Below are positions 18,322 through 29,948 of a DNA stretch of 64,000 nucleotides, piece by piece; position 1 is the stretch's first letter; every line of letters starts with the position of its first letter. The stretch comes from Bacilli bacterium (GTDB lineage: Bacteria > Bacillota_I > Bacilli_A > RF39 > UBA660): the NCBI GenBank assembly GCA_017934595.1, contig JAGBJG010000002.1, positions 68,877-132,876 of the forward strand. Direction: 5' to 3'. Below the pieces are notes generated by a model. The model saw only the letters and a program-made list of their open reading frames with translations. It had not been told where the DNA came from and did no database searches. A program made the translations under genes and the position numbers.

Positions 18322-21300
18322 ATGGATAATATATTAGACTTATTAAAATTTGATTATAGTGAAAAAAATATAAGTGGTCTTAACAATGAGTTGAAATCAC
18401 TCTTTTTGCTTGGACTACTAAAAGAAACAAATAAATCAATTTTAATAGTTACTAATACATTATATGAAGCGAATACATTATATAAAAGTATAAGTAAAGA
18501 TTATCAAAATACTTATTTATTTCCTATGGATGATTTTTTAACTAGTGTCGCAATCGCGGTCAGTCCGGAATTAAAAGTTAATAGATTAGAAACATTAAAT
18601 TCATTACTTGAAAATAATAAAAGTATTGTTATAACTAATTTAATGGGATATTTAAGATTTTTACCAACTAAAGATTCATATAAAAATAGTTTTATAAAAT
18701 TATCTAAAGGTGAATCATATGATATAGATAAATTAGTAACTAACTTATATAATATTGGTTACCGTAGAGAAACAATTACTAATACAACTGGGGATATGTC
18801 TATAAGAGGATATGTTGTTGACTTGTTTCCTATAGGTATGGATAACCCTATAAGAATAGAATTCTGGGGTGATGAAATAGATTCAATCAGAGTCTTTGAT
18901 GTAAACACTCAGTTAACCATTAAAAATATAGATGAAATAACGATTAATCCTAATACAGAAATTATTACAGATAGTAAATTAAATGATTTTGAATATTATG
19001 ATATAAAAAATAATAAAGAAGTTTCTAATATCTTATCTTATTTGGATAATGGCATAGTAGTATTTAATAATTATCATGATATTAAAGTTGGATATGGGTT
19101 GCTATCTCAAGAGATGCATGAATATACATTATCATCTTCACTACCAACTGATACAAAATTTATGTATAGTATGGAAGATATTAATGTTGATCCATATATC
19201 TTTGATGAATTTGATAAAGCTACTAAATATAAATATTATGAATGCTATGATGTAGAACCATTTAAAGGTGAATTATCTAATACATTAAAGAGATTAAAAG
19301 AATATAGTAAAAAATATAAATTATTAGTTTTATGTGTAAGTAGTAGATATCAAGTTAATAAAATATTAGATTTAGATGATAGTATTTTATTCACTGATAT
19401 AAATAATTTAGTTCCAGGTAAGATTAATTTAATAGTAAAAAATATAAATTCAGGTTTTATTTATAATGGTATAGTTTTGATATCTGAAAATGAATTATTT
19501 AATAAAGTCGATAAAGAATCAGTATATCATTCTAAATTTAGAATTGGTACAAAGATACGTGATATAACAAAACTATCAGAGGGTGATTTTGTAGTTCATC
19601 AAACTCATGGTATAGGTAAGTATCTAGGAATAAAAGTATTAATTAAAAATGGTTTAAAAAAAGACTATTTAATGATTGAATATCGTGGTGGAGATAAATT
19701 ATATATTCCTGTTGAAAAGATAGATAATATAACAAAATACTCTTCTAATGATGAAATAGTTCCTAAATTAAATAAATTAGGCGGTGTTGAATGGTCAAAG
19801 ACGAAATTGAGTGTTAAGAAAAGAGCTGCTAGTATAGCTAAAGAGTTATTAAAACTATACGCAGAAAGAGAAAAGAAAATTGGTTTTGCCTTTGCACCTG
19901 ATGGAGAAGAACAAATAGAATTTGAAAAAGAATTTGTATATGAACCAACTATAGATCAAATTAGAGTAACTGATGAAGTTAAAAAAGATATGGAAAGTAA
20001 ACATCCTATGGATAGGCTTATCTGTGGTGATGTTGGATTCGGTAAAACAGAAATTGCGTTTAGGGCTATTTTTAAAGCGATAATGTCTGGTAAGCAAGCT
20101 GCTATATTATGTCCTACAACAATTTTATCTGAACAACACTATCAAAATGCATTATCAAGATTTAGTAGTTTTCCTTTAAATATTGCTATATTAAATAGAT
20201 TTGTTACGCCTTTGAAAGTAAAAAAGACTTTAGAAGCTTTAGAAAAAGGTGAAATAGATTTAATTATAGGTACACATAGAATACTAAGTGATGATGTTAA
20301 ATTTAAAAACATAGGATTACTAGTAATTGATGAAGAACAACGTTTTGGTGTTAAGCATAAAGAAAAGATTAAAGAATATAAAAATAATATTGATGTTTTA
20401 ACTTTATCTGCTACACCTATACCTAGAACATTACAAATGTCTATGTCAGGTCTTAGAAGTTTATCACTTTTAGAAACACCACCTCAAAATAGATATCCAG
20501 TTCAAACTTATGTCTTAGAAAATAATAATACAGTTTTAAAAGATGCGATTTATAAAGAGTTATCAAGGGGTGGCCAAGTATTTGTTTTATACAATAGTGT
20601 AGAACGTATGGAAGCAAAATATGTGGAAATATCAAAATTAGTACCAGAAGCTAGAATTGTCATGGCTCATGGTCAAATGAGTAAGGCAGAATTAGAAAGT
20701 AAAATGTTTAGTTTTATAAATCATGAATATGATGTCTTACTATGTACTACAATAATAGAAACAGGAATAGATATACCAAATGTTAACACATTAATTATTA
20801 TGAATGCAGAAAACTTTGGTTTATCTCAACTATATCAAATAAGAGGTAGAGTTGGTCGTTCGGATAAAATAGCATATTGCTATTTAATGTACGATAAAGG
20901 TAAAATTTTAACTGAACAAGCTACAAAGAGATTAAAAGTAATAAAAGAATTTACAGAATTAGGTAGTGGTTTTTCTATCGCTATGCGTGATTTATCAATA
21001 AGAGGTGCGGGAAATATTTTAGGTAGTGAACAATCCGGATACATTGATAGTGTAGGTATAGAATTATTTATGAAGATGCTGGATGATGCAATTAAGAATG
21101 TCAATAATGATATTGATATAGAAACTATAGTAGATGCACCGGTATCAAATAATGAATCATTAGTAGAAGTTGAAACAAACATATCTGATGATTATGTCAG
21201 TGAATCAGAATTGAAAATCCAAATTCACAAACTTATTAATAATATTAATTCTTTAGATGATATAGAAAAAGTTAAAACTGAATTAACCGATAGATTTGGT

Positions 21301-21606
21301 ACATTACCAGAAAGTATTGTAATTTATATTTATGAAACTTGGTTTGAGAAGAAAGCTTCTGAATTAGGTATAAAAGATATTAAGCAAACTAAAAATTCTA
21401 TAGAGGTAATATTACCTAAAGAATTAACAAATCAAATAGATGGTGAGAAATTATTTGTAGAATTATATAGTCTTTCTAATATGTTTAGATTATCAATGAA
21501 ATTACAAAGATTAAGTATCATCTTAGATATTGTTAAATTAGATAAACATTTTATATATTATTTAATTGATATGTTAGATATTGTTAAAGAGTCAATAAAA
21601 AAATAG
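18322..21606 (+). CDS. mfd: transcription-repair coupling factor
   Basis: 1094 aa. CarD-like RID (HQTHGIGKY), SF2 helicase motifs GDVGFGKTE and DEEQRFG, and a TRG motif. Confidence 0.95.
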   Translation: MDNILDLLKFDYSEKNISGLNNELKSLFLLGLLKETNKSILIVTNTLYEANTLYKSISKDYQNTYLFPMDDFLTSVAIAVSPELKVNRLETLNSLLENNKSIVITNLMGYLRFLPTKDSYKNSFIKLSKGESYDIDKLVTNLYNIGYRRETITNTTGDMSIRGYVVDLFPIGMDNPIRIEFWGDEIDSIRVFDVNTQLTIKNIDEITINPNTEIITDSKLNDFEYYDIKNNKEVSNILSYLDNGIVVFNNYHDIKVGYGLLSQEMHEYTLSSSLPTDTKFMYSMEDINVDPYIFDEFDKATKYKYYECYDVEPFKGELSNTLKRLKEYSKKYKLLVLCVSSRYQVNKILDLDDSILFTDINNLVPGKINLIVKNINSGFIYNGIVLISENELFNKVDKESVYHSKFRIGTKIRDITKLSEGDFVVHQTHGIGKYLGIKVLIKNGLKKDYLMIEYRGGDKLYIPVEKIDNITKYSSNDEIVPKLNKLGGVEWSKTKLSVKKRAASIAKELLKLYAEREKKIGFAFAPDGEEQIEFEKEFVYEPTIDQIRVTDEVKKDMESKHPMDRLICGDVGFGKTEIAFRAIFKAIMSGKQAAILCPTTILSEQHYQNALSRFSSFPLNIAILNRFVTPLKVKKTLEALEKGEIDLIIGTHRILSDDVKFKNIGLLVIDEEQRFGVKHKEKIKEYKNNIDVLTLSATPIPRTLQMSMSGLRSLSLLETPPQNRYPVQTYVLENNNTVLKDAIYKELSRGGQVFVLYNSVERMEAKYVEISKLVPEARIVMAHGQMSKAELESKMFSFINHEYDVLLCTTIIETGIDIPNVNTLIIMNAENFGLSQLYQIRGRVGRSDKIAYCYLMYDKGKILTEQATKRLKVIKEFTELGSGFSIAMRDLSIRGAGNILGSEQSGYIDSVGIELFMKMLDDAIKNVNNDIDIETIVDAPVSNNESLVEVETNISDDYVSESELKIQIHKLINNINSLDDIEKVKTELTDRFGTLPESIVIYIYETWFEKKASELGIKDIKQTKNSIEVILPKELTNQIDGEKLFVELYSLSNMFRLSMKLQRLSIILDIVKLDKHFIYYLIDMLDIVKESIKK

Positions 21607-21615
21607 TTCTTAGAA

Positions 21616-23235
21616 CTATTTTTTTTCTATATATTCCATAATACTTGGTATCATTTGTTTCTTTCTTGATACCATATTTTCCATATAATAACCTTGGGAA
21701 ATATTTTTAAGATTATAACTTTCTTTTAATATATCTTTTGAATTATCAGAGAATATTATATAAGAGCCCTCTTTAATTATATCTGTTACAAATAAGGCAA
21801 GAACATCATATTCATTAATTTTAGCTAATCTGTTGATATTTTCTACATATTCTTCTAAGTTATTTAATATTTCATTAGGGTTAGTTGAAGTAACTTGGGA
21901 AATACCAATTTTCTTATTTTCAATATTGAATTTTTTGAAATCTCCAAAGATTATTTCTTCTATAGTTTTACCTTCTAATGAACTACCTGCTTTAAATATT
22001 TCAGTCGCGTATTCTTTATAATCAATTTTTGCTATATCAGCTAATTTTTCTACTGCTTTAATATCATCAAAAGTAGTAGTAGGAGATTTAAATAGTAATG
22101 TATCAGATATGATACCTGAAAGCATAATCCCCGCAATATCTTCAGATATTTCAATATGATTTTCTTTAAACATTTTATATATTATTGTATTTGTACTACC
22201 AACTGTCATATTTCTAAAGTTAATTGGATAGGCTGTTGTTGTATAGCCTATTTTATGGTGGTCTACAATTTCAATAATATCAGCTTCTTCAAGTCCATCC
22301 ACACTTTGTTCATATTCATTATGATCAACTAAGATAACTTTTTTTCTATTAGTTTCATGAATATTTGAATATTTAATAATACCTAAACATTCGCCTCTTC
22401 TACTTAATACTGGATAATTACTTCTTTTAGTTTTACTCATAATATTGATAAAATCATCAACATAGTCATATTCTGTTACTGTAATTATGTTTTTATTAGT
22501 AATATTAGTAATATAATTGGTTAATGGTAATAATCTTGTTGTTTTATAAGAGAAGAATGGAGTTTTTATAATGTTAACATGATTCTTCTTCGCGATTTCT
22601 ATATGTTCAGGTTTAACATTACCATTACCAGTTACAATAATTAATTTTACACCTTGCATAACGGCATATTCAATAATACTATGTCTATCACCAACAACTA
22701 ATATAGTATTTTTATCTAATTTAATTGTATCAATGAATGTAGTTGATTTAAATGCTGCAAATATGATATTACCTTCAATTTCATTATCAAATTTTAATAC
22801 TTCTTCGCCATCTAATGTATCAACTATATTTGAATATGATGTATTTAATGTATCTTGTTCACTATCAACTAAGTATCTCGCGATTTCTTTCATTGAAACT
22901 GCACCTATAAATTTTTTCTTATCATCGATTATAGGTAAAGTACTTATACCTTCTTCATTCATATATTCATAACATCTATAGATAGAAGTTATAAAAGGCG
23001 CGTTTATATTTTTATCATAATTTAAATCTTTAATTTGTAATTTAACATCATTTAAATATTTAGGTTCTTTAACTTTAAAATATTTTAAAACAAATTTAGT
23101 CTCATTATTAACATTTCCTAATACATAAGGTTCAGCTTTAACGCCTAAAGCATTTTTTAAATAGGCAAGTGCAATGGCACTAGTTACCGCATCTGTATCA
23201 GGTTTTTTATGTCCAAAAATTAGTACACTTTGCAT
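21616..23235 (-). CDS. ppaC: CBS-domain-containing family II (DHH/DHHA2) inorganic pyrophosphatase
   Basis: 539 aa. N-terminal GHKKPDTDAVTSAIA (DHH), an internal CBS pair region and a C-terminal DHHA2. Confidence 0.85.
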   Translation of the reverse strand: MQSVLIFGHKKPDTDAVTSAIALAYLKNALGVKAEPYVLGNVNNETKFVLKYFKVKEPKYLNDVKLQIKDLNYDKNINAPFITSIYRCYEYMNEEGISTLPIIDDKKKFIGAVSMKEIARYLVDSEQDTLNTSYSNIVDTLDGEEVLKFDNEIEGNIIFAAFKSTTFIDTIKLDKNTILVVGDRHSIIEYAVMQGVKLIIVTGNGNVKPEHIEIAKKNHVNIIKTPFFSYKTTRLLPLTNYITNITNKNIITVTEYDYVDDFINIMSKTKRSNYPVLSRRGECLGIIKYSNIHETNRKKVILVDHNEYEQSVDGLEEADIIEIVDHHKIGYTTTAYPINFRNMTVGSTNTIIYKMFKENHIEISEDIAGIMLSGIISDTLLFKSPTTTFDDIKAVEKLADIAKIDYKEYATEIFKAGSSLEGKTIEEIIFGDFKKFNIENKKIGISQVTSTNPNEILNNLEEYVENINRLAKINEYDVLALFVTDIIKEGSYIIFSDNSKDILKESYNLKNISQGYYMENMVSRKKQMIPSIMEYIEKK

Positions 23236-23335
23236 ATTACCAATCCTTTCTATTCTTAAAATATTATATCACATAAGGTATATCTAGAAAAGTATAAAAT
23301 TTTAAAAAATAGACAATATATTTGTAGGTGATTCT

Positions 23336-23845
23336 ATGAAAAATATTGGAATAGTAAGGAAAATAGATAGACTTGGCAGGGTAGTTATACCAAAAGAAAT
23401 TAGAAATACTTTACGAATTATAGACGATGATAATTTGGAATTATTAGTAGATGGAGAAAATATTATATTGAAAAAATATTCATATATGAAAAACTTTGAA
23501 GATATCTCTAAAAATTTAATTAATAGTATGAATATAAAGGATGAAACGGTAGTACTATACGATAGTAAAAGTATTATATATAGTATTGGGAAATATAAAA
23601 ATATAAGTAATCTATCAAATGAATTATTGGAATATATGAATACTTATGAACCTGTTTTAGGAAAAGGTAAAATCAAGATAAATGATGAATTAACCTTAGA
23701 TATTACTTATTATATTAAGCCAATTTTATCTAACGGAATTGTTATTGGAGTATTATTACTTTTTTCTTTAACTAATTTAAATGAAAAAGATATTAATATA
23801 ATTAATTATATAGGTGATTTCCTAGGTGGATATATTTATAGTTAA
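23336..23845 (+). CDS. spoVT: stage V sporulation protein T (AbrB-type N-domain + GAF-like C-domain)
   Basis: GIVRKIDRLGRVVIPKEIRNTLRI matches the SpoVT/AbrB swapped-hairpin domain. Follows mfd as in B. subtilis. Confidence 0.85.
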   Translation: MKNIGIVRKIDRLGRVVIPKEIRNTLRIIDDDNLELLVDGENIILKKYSYMKNFEDISKNLINSMNIKDETVVLYDSKSIIYSIGKYKNISNLSNELLEYMNTYEPVLGKGKIKINDELTLDITYYIKPILSNGIVIGVLLLFSLTNLNEKDINIINYIGDFLGGYIYS

Positions 23846-23892
23846 TATAGAAATTATATCAGATAAATGGTATAATTTTTTTGGTGATTAAT

Positions 23893-24633
23893 ATGATGAT
23901 AGATACACATTGTCATTTATGCGAAAGTGATTATGACAATTTAAAAGAAATAATAAATCATATGGGAAATAATATTATGATATGTAGTGGTGCGGATAAC
24001 GAAAATAACTTTTCCACAATAAAACTAATAAATGAATATGATAATATATATGGAACAATAGGATTCCATCCAGATGAAGTAGATAACTATGATTTAAAAT
24101 TTATAGAAGATAATATAAATAATCCTAAGATAGTTGGAATAGGAGAAATTGGATTAGATTATTACCACGATAGTGATAAAGAGTTACAAAAAGAATTATT
24201 TATTAAACAACTTGATTTAGCGAGACTTTATAATAAACCTGTTGTTATCCATAGTAGAGATGCTGCAGAAGATACTTTTAATATATTAGAAAATTATAAA
24301 GATTTAAAAATAGTATTACATTGTTATGGTTATAGTTTAGATATGGCAAAGAAATTTTTAAAGTTAGGATGCAAATTTGGAATAGGTGGAGTATTAACTT
24401 TTAAAAATGGCAAAAAATTAGTAGAAGTAGTAGAAAATATAGGTATTGAAAATCTATTATTAGAAACAGATAGTCCATATTTAACACCAGAACCATATCG
24501 CGGTAGTAAAAATGAACCATATAATATAACTTTTGTGGCAGCTAAAATAGCTGAACTTAAAAATATGAAAATCGATGAAGTATTTGAAATTACAACAAAA
24601 AATGCTTGTGAAATATACAATATAAAGATATAA
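23893..24633 (+). CDS. tatD: TatD-family metal-dependent DNase/hydrolase
   Basis: IDTHCHL, GEIGLDY, VIHSRDA and ETDSPYL motifs. ATG 23893 follows the RBS GGTGA, whereas the track start is TTG 23881. Confidence 0.9.
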   Translation: MMIDTHCHLCESDYDNLKEIINHMGNNIMICSGADNENNFSTIKLINEYDNIYGTIGFHPDEVDNYDLKFIEDNINNPKIVGIGEIGLDYYHDSDKELQKELFIKQLDLARLYNKPVVIHSRDAAEDTFNILENYKDLKIVLHCYGYSLDMAKKFLKLGCKFGIGGVLTFKNGKKLVEVVENIGIENLLLETDSPYLTPEPYRGSKNEPYNITFVAAKIAELKNMKIDEVFEITTKNACEIYNIKI

Positions 24634-24655
24634 TATCAGTGATTGGAGGGGTACC

Positions 24656-25498
24656 ATGAATTATTCACCAACTAAAACAAAAGAATTATTAAGTGAAAAT
24701 GAGTTTAGTTTTAAGAAAAAGTTTGGTCAAAACTTTATTGTAGATGAAAATACTATTGATAGTATTATTAATAAAGCTAATATTGATTCAGATACTTTAG
24801 TAATAGAAATAGGTCCTGGTGCAGGGGCATTAACATATAAATTATCTAAAGTAGCTAAAAATGTATTATGTTATGAAATAGATACCACATTGGAAAATAT
24901 ATTAAAATCTAATTTAGGTGATGCATCTAATGTAGATATAATCTTTGATGATTTCTTAAAAAGAGATGTTAAAAAAGATATAGCTAAATATAATTATAAA
25001 AAAATATATGTTGTAGCTAATTTACCTTATTATGTAACAACACCTATTATAGTTAAATTAATAGAAGATGATTTAAATGTATCAAGAATAGTAGTCATGG
25101 TACAAAAAGAAGTAGGCGATAGGTTTAAAGCAAATGTAGGTAGCAAAGAATATAATTCATTATCAATATTCTTAAATTATTATTATGATATTAAGAAGAT
25201 AATGGATGTATCTAAAAATGTATTTATGCCAATGCCTAATGTTGATAGTATTGTCCTTTCTTTTGATAAAAAAGATGAAACATATTATTTAGAAGATAAA
25301 GATGTATTTTTTAAATTAGTAAGAGATAGTTTTAAACAAAAGAGAAAAACAATTAAAAATAATTTAAGAGATTATAATTTAGATGTAATTGAATCTGTTT
25401 TGAAGAAAAATAATTTAGATTTATCTACAAGAGCTGAAAATATTGAAATAAAAGTATTTGTAGATATAGCAAATGAGTTGGTGAAAAATGATAGGTAA
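24656..25498 (+). CDS. rsmA: 16S rRNA (adenine1518/1519-N6)-dimethyltransferase
   Basis: FGQNFIVD, EIGPGAGALT and NLPYYVTTPI motifs. Confidence 0.93.
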   Translation: MNYSPTKTKELLSENEFSFKKKFGQNFIVDENTIDSIINKANIDSDTLVIEIGPGAGALTYKLSKVAKNVLCYEIDTTLENILKSNLGDASNVDIIFDDFLKRDVKKDIAKYNYKKIYVVANLPYYVTTPIIVKLIEDDLNVSRIVVMVQKEVGDRFKANVGSKEYNSLSIFLNYYYDIKKIMDVSKNVFMPMPNVDSIVLSFDKKDETYYLEDKDVFFKLVRDSFKQKRKTIKNNLRDYNLDVIESVLKKNNLDLSTRAENIEIKVFVDIANELVKNDR

Positions 25499-26132
25499 TG
25501 ATTGGGATCAAATATTAAAAGATGAATATGAAAAACCATATTTCAAAGAATTAATTAAATCAGTTAATAATGAATATTCTAAAGAAATATGTTATCCAGA
25601 AAAAGAAAATATTTTCAGAGCTTTTAGATTAACTCCTTATAAAAATGTTAAGGTAGTTATATTAGGACAAGATCCTTATCATGGAGAACATGAGGCAAAT
25701 GGATTATGTTTCTCTGTTTATAATGGTGTTAAATGTCCGCCATCATTACTTAATATATTTAAAGAATTAAATAATGATTTAGGTATTAGAAGAGACAATA
25801 CAGATTTAACTGATTGGGCTAATCAAGGAATACTTATGCTTAATACTATAATGTCTGTTTCTAAAGATAAACCTTTATCACATAAGGGATTTGGTTGGGA
25901 AATATTTACTGATCAAGTAATTAAAAAGATAGCAGAAAAAGATGATAAAGTAGTATTTGTACTATGGGGTAATTATGCGCGTAGTAAAAAAGAGTTTTTA
26001 AAAGGTCATCCAATAATTGAAAGTGCACATCCTTCTCCTTTATCTGCGTCAAGAGGATTTTTTGGCAGTAAACCATTTTCTAAAATAAACAAAATATTAA
26101 AAGAAAATAATAAAGATATAATAAACTGGTAG
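25488..26132 (+). CDS. ung: uracil-DNA glycosylase (family 1)
   Basis: GQDPYH water-activating loop and HPSPLSA motif. Confidence 0.93.
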   Translation: MIGNDWDQILKDEYEKPYFKELIKSVNNEYSKEICYPEKENIFRAFRLTPYKNVKVVILGQDPYHGEHEANGLCFSVYNGVKCPPSLLNIFKELNNDLGIRRDNTDLTDWANQGILMLNTIMSVSKDKPLSHKGFGWEIFTDQVIKKIAEKDDKVVFVLWGNYARSKKEFLKGHPIIESAHPSPLSASRGFFGSKPFSKINKILKENNKDIINW

Positions 26133-26140
26133 GTGATAAT

Positions 26141-27466
26141 ATGAATAAAATTAAGGAAATTAATAAGTTTTTAAAAGATAACATTAAAGCTAATGATACC
26201 TTAATTTTAGCGTGCTCAGGTGGACCAGATTCAATGTGTCTATTAGATTTATTATTGAAATTTAGAGAAAAAAATAATATAAATATTGTTATAGCTCATG
26301 TACATCATAATGTTAGAAAAGAAAGTGATGATGAATTAGTTTTTGTAAGAGATTATGCAGTTAATCATGATGTTATTTTTGAAACAATGAAGATTGAAAA
26401 CTATTCAGGAAGTAATTTTGAATGTGAAGCTAGAGATAAAAGATATACATATTTTAGTAAGTTAATCGAAAAATATAATGCTAAATATTTATTAACCGCG
26501 CATCATGGTGATGATTTAATGGAAACTATTTTGATGCGTATAGTACGTGGTTCTAATTTAAAAGGTTATAGTGGTTTTGATAGAGTATCTAATCAAGGTG
26601 ATTACAAAGTATTAAGACCATTAATCGCATTAACAAAAAGTGAAATCTTAGATTATAATAAAGAGAATAATATTCCATACGTTAATGATTATACAAATGA
26701 ATTAGATGTTCATACTAGAAATAGATATCGTAAATATATTCTTCCTAAATTAAAAGAAGAAGATTCTAATGTAAATTTAAAATTCTTAAAATTTAGTGAA
26801 GTATTAAAAGAATATGATGAATATATTGAAAAAGAAGTATTAAAAATTATTAATAAGGTATATGTAAATAATATATTGGATATATCTAAATTTATTAAGT
26901 TAGATAGTCTTATTCAAACTAGGGTAATAAGTAAAATTTTAAGTAATATATATAAAGATAATATTGTTTACTTAGACGATAAAAATATTTTAAGTATTAA
27001 AAAACTTATTTTAAGTGATGCATCTAATAGTAGCCTAAATTTACCTAAAGGAAAAGTAGCTATTAAAAGTTACAATAACTTTTATATTAATGATAATAAA
27101 GATTCGGAGTCATATTGTTATACATTTAAAGATAATGTAACATTACCAAATGGTAAGATAATCGAAAAAATTGATAATACTTCATCAAATAGTAATTATG
27201 TATGTAGATTATCATCTAAAGATATTAAATTACCTATTATTATTCGCAGTAGAAAAGATGGGGATATGATAGAAGTAATGAACTTAAATGGTAGAAAAAA
27301 AGTAAAAGATATCTTTATCGATGCCAAAGTATCTATGCGTGATAGAAAAAGTTGGCCGATTGTGACTGATAGTGATGGTAATATATTGTGGATACCTGGA
27401 ATAAAAAAATCGAAATATAATAAACAAATTAACGAAAAATGTGATATAATACTTACGTATCATTAA
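26141..27466 (+). CDS. tilS: tRNA(Ile)-lysidine synthase
   Basis: PP-loop ACSGGPDSM, HHGDDLMET and a C-terminal TilS domain. Confidence 0.9.
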   Translation: MNKIKEINKFLKDNIKANDTLILACSGGPDSMCLLDLLLKFREKNNINIVIAHVHHNVRKESDDELVFVRDYAVNHDVIFETMKIENYSGSNFECEARDKRYTYFSKLIEKYNAKYLLTAHHGDDLMETILMRIVRGSNLKGYSGFDRVSNQGDYKVLRPLIALTKSEILDYNKENNIPYVNDYTNELDVHTRNRYRKYILPKLKEEDSNVNLKFLKFSEVLKEYDEYIEKEVLKIINKVYVNNILDISKFIKLDSLIQTRVISKILSNIYKDNIVYLDDKNILSIKKLILSDASNSSLNLPKGKVAIKSYNNFYINDNKDSESYCYTFKDNVTLPNGKIIEKIDNTSSNSNYVCRLSSKDIKLPIIIRSRKDGDMIEVMNLNGRKKVKDIFIDAKVSMRDRKSWPIVTDSDGNILWIPGIKKSKYNKQINEKCDIILTYH

Positions 27467-27480
27467 AAGGGAGGCAAAAC

Positions 27481-29445
27481 ATGAATAAGAACGCTTTAAG
27501 AAAAAGTTTAATACCGTATTTAGTAATTTTTGTTGTAATTGCTTCAATAGTTTTATTTGCGGATATATTTGATCGTAAGGTTAATACATTAACATATGAT
27601 CAATTAATAGCAGACATAAATGCAGGTTTAGTAGAAAAAGTAGCTATCACACCTAATAAAAATGCTGCTGTATATAAAATCGCTGGTGTAGAAAAAGGCT
27701 ATGCTAGCAATGAGACATTTGCTGTAAATGTCCCATTATCTGATGAAGTAGTTGCCAAACTATTATCATTACAAGAAGAATATAATTATGAATTTAAGAC
27801 TAATGAAGATCCTAATGCAAGTGCTATATTTGGATATATTATTAATATAGCGACATTAGCTATTCTATTAGGAGGGGCATGGTTTATTTTAACTAGACAA
27901 TCAGGCTCTGCTAGTAAGTCTATGGACTTTGGAAGAAGCCGTGCGCATTTAAGTACAGGTCAAAATAAAGTTACATTTGATGATGTTGCTGGATTAACTG
28001 AAGAAAAAGAAGAAGTAGCTGAATTAATAGATTTCTTGAAAGATCCAGGACGTTTCCAAAAGATGGGTGCTAGAATACCAAAAGGTGTATTACTAGTTGG
28101 TCCTCCAGGAACAGGTAAAACATTACTTGCTAGAGCTGTTGCTGGTGAAGCTAATGTTCCATTTTATTTTATAAGTGGATCTGAATTCGTTGAATTATTC
28201 GTAGGTGTAGGTGCATCAAGAGTTAGAGATATGTTTAAACAAGCTAAACAAAATGCACCATGCTTAATCTTCATTGATGAAATAGATGCAGTTGGTAGAC
28301 AAAGAGGTACAGGTTTAGGCGGAGGTCATGATGAACGTGAGCAAACATTAAACCAATTACTTACTGAAATGGATGGTTTTGGAGCTAATGAAGGAATTAT
28401 CATCATAGCTGCAACAAATAGACCAGACGTGCTTGATCCTGCATTATTAAGACCGGGACGTTTTGATAGGCAAGTTCAAGTTAACCTACCAGACGCTAAA
28501 GGTAGAGAAGAAATATTAAAAGTACATGCTAAAGGTAAGAAATTTGCATCTTCAGTATCATTAGAAAACATTGCTACAAGAAGTGTTGGATTTAGTGGGG
28601 CTGATTTGGAAAACTTACTTAATGAAGCTGCGTTACTTACTGTTAGAAGAAATAAAAATGTAATTACTATGGCAGAAATAGATGAAGCTCATGATAGAGT
28701 TTTAATGGGACCTGCTAAAGTAACTAAGAAATATACAGAAAATGATAAAAAATTAGTTGCGTACCATGAAGCTGGTCATGCCGTTATTGGAATTAAGTTA
28801 TCACATGCTGATGTAGTACAAAAGATTACTATTATTCCAAGAGGTCATGCAGGTGGATACAATTTAATGCTTCCAAAAGAAGAAAGATTTACTGCAACTG
28901 AAAATGAATTATTAGAAAAGATTACTGGTTTACTTGGTGGTCGTGTAGCTGAAGAACTTACTTTTGGTGAAGTAACTACAGGGGCTCAAAATGATTTTGA
29001 ACAAGCTACTAAGATAGCTCGTGCGATGGTAACTGAATATGGTATGAGTGATTTAGGACCTGTTCAATATGAAAGTAACGATGGAAGTGTATTCTTAGGT
29101 AGAGATTACAATAAGAGTAAAAACTTCTCTTCACAAGTTGCTTTTGAAATAGATCAAGAAATTAGAAAAATTATTGATAAGTGTTATAAAAAGGCTCATG
29201 AAATCTTAAAATCTAATAAAGATTTAATGAAATTAATAGCTGAGACTTTAATTGAAAAAGAAACATTAACTAAAGAAGAAATCGATTATTTAGTAGATAA
29301 TGGATGCCTTCCAAAAGAAGAAATTAAAGAAGTTTCTTTAGAAGATTTAACTATTTCAGATTTAAAAGAAATGGCTAAAGAAAAAAAGATTAAAGGTTAC
29401 ACTAAAATGACTAAAGAAGAATTAATTGATAAATTAAAAGATTAA
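27481..29445 (+). CDS. ftsH: ATP-dependent zinc metalloprotease FtsH, with an extra C-terminal Rho_N/SAP-like tail
   Basis: GPPGTGKT, an SRH region and HEAGHA zinc motif. The last about 36 aa are [36 protein letters not shown]. Confidence 0.97.
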   Translation: MNKNALRKSLIPYLVIFVVIASIVLFADIFDRKVNTLTYDQLIADINAGLVEKVAITPNKNAAVYKIAGVEKGYASNETFAVNVPLSDEVVAKLLSLQEEYNYEFKTNEDPNASAIFGYIINIATLAILLGGAWFILTRQSGSASKSMDFGRSRAHLSTGQNKVTFDDVAGLTEEKEEVAELIDFLKDPGRFQKMGARIPKGVLLVGPPGTGKTLLARAVAGEANVPFYFISGSEFVELFVGVGASRVRDMFKQAKQNAPCLIFIDEIDAVGRQRGTGLGGGHDEREQTLNQLLTEMDGFGANEGIIIIAATNRPDVLDPALLRPGRFDRQVQVNLPDAKGREEILKVHAKGKKFASSVSLENIATRSVGFSGADLENLLNEAALLTVRRNKNVITMAEIDEAHDRVLMGPAKVTKKYTENDKKLVAYHEAGHAVIGIKLSHADVVQKITIIPRGHAGGYNLMLPKEERFTATENELLEKITGLLGGRVAEELTFGEVTTGAQNDFEQATKIARAMVTEYGMSDLGPVQYESNDGSVFLGRDYNKSKNFSSQVAFEIDQEIRKIIDKCYKKAHEILKSNKDLMKLIAETLIEKETLTKEEIDYLVDNGCLPKEEIKEVSLEDLTISDLKEMAKEKKIKGYTKMTKEELIDKLKD

Positions 29446-29484
29446 TTCTTTTTTTTGTGATATAATAACATCTGTGGTGATGTT

Positions 29485-29886
29485 ATGAAAAAATATTTAT
29501 TTGCTATACTTTTATCTATATTATTTTTAACTGGATGCACAAATGGCGGAATGATTAATTATAATAATAACGATGAAACTACTAAAATAATAGAAAGTAG
29601 TGGTGTTACAGAAGATAAGAATGTAGGAGTATTCCAATTTACTAATGCTTCTTTAATGTGGAAAGATAATAAATGGTCATTAGAAGCAACAGTTACAAAT
29701 ACAAGTGATATTGATCAAAAATTATCATATTTCGTTGTTGATTTTTATGCAGAAGATGTTTTAGTTACAAGTGCTAATAGTTTGAGTTCACCAACTATAA
29801 AGGCTCACGAAGCTATTTCTCTTCATATTACTTCTAATGAAGATTTATCTACTGTAACAAAAATTAATTATAAAGTTGAAAGATAG
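29485..29886 (+). CDS. hypothetical lipoprotein
   Basis: Signal peptide with lipobox LFLTGC. Preceded by TGTGATATAAT at 29456-29466 and followed by a hairpin terminator. Confidence 0.6.
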   Translation: MKKYLFAILLSILFLTGCTNGGMINYNNNDETTKIIESSGVTEDKNVGVFQFTNASLMWKDNKWSLEATVTNTSDIDQKLSYFVVDFYAEDVLVTSANSLSSPTIKAHEAISLHITSNEDLSTVTKINYKVER

Positions 29887-29948
29887 ATTCTATCTTTTTT
29901 CTTTTATTAGAGTATATATTATGATATAATTATATAGGTTAGGAGTGT

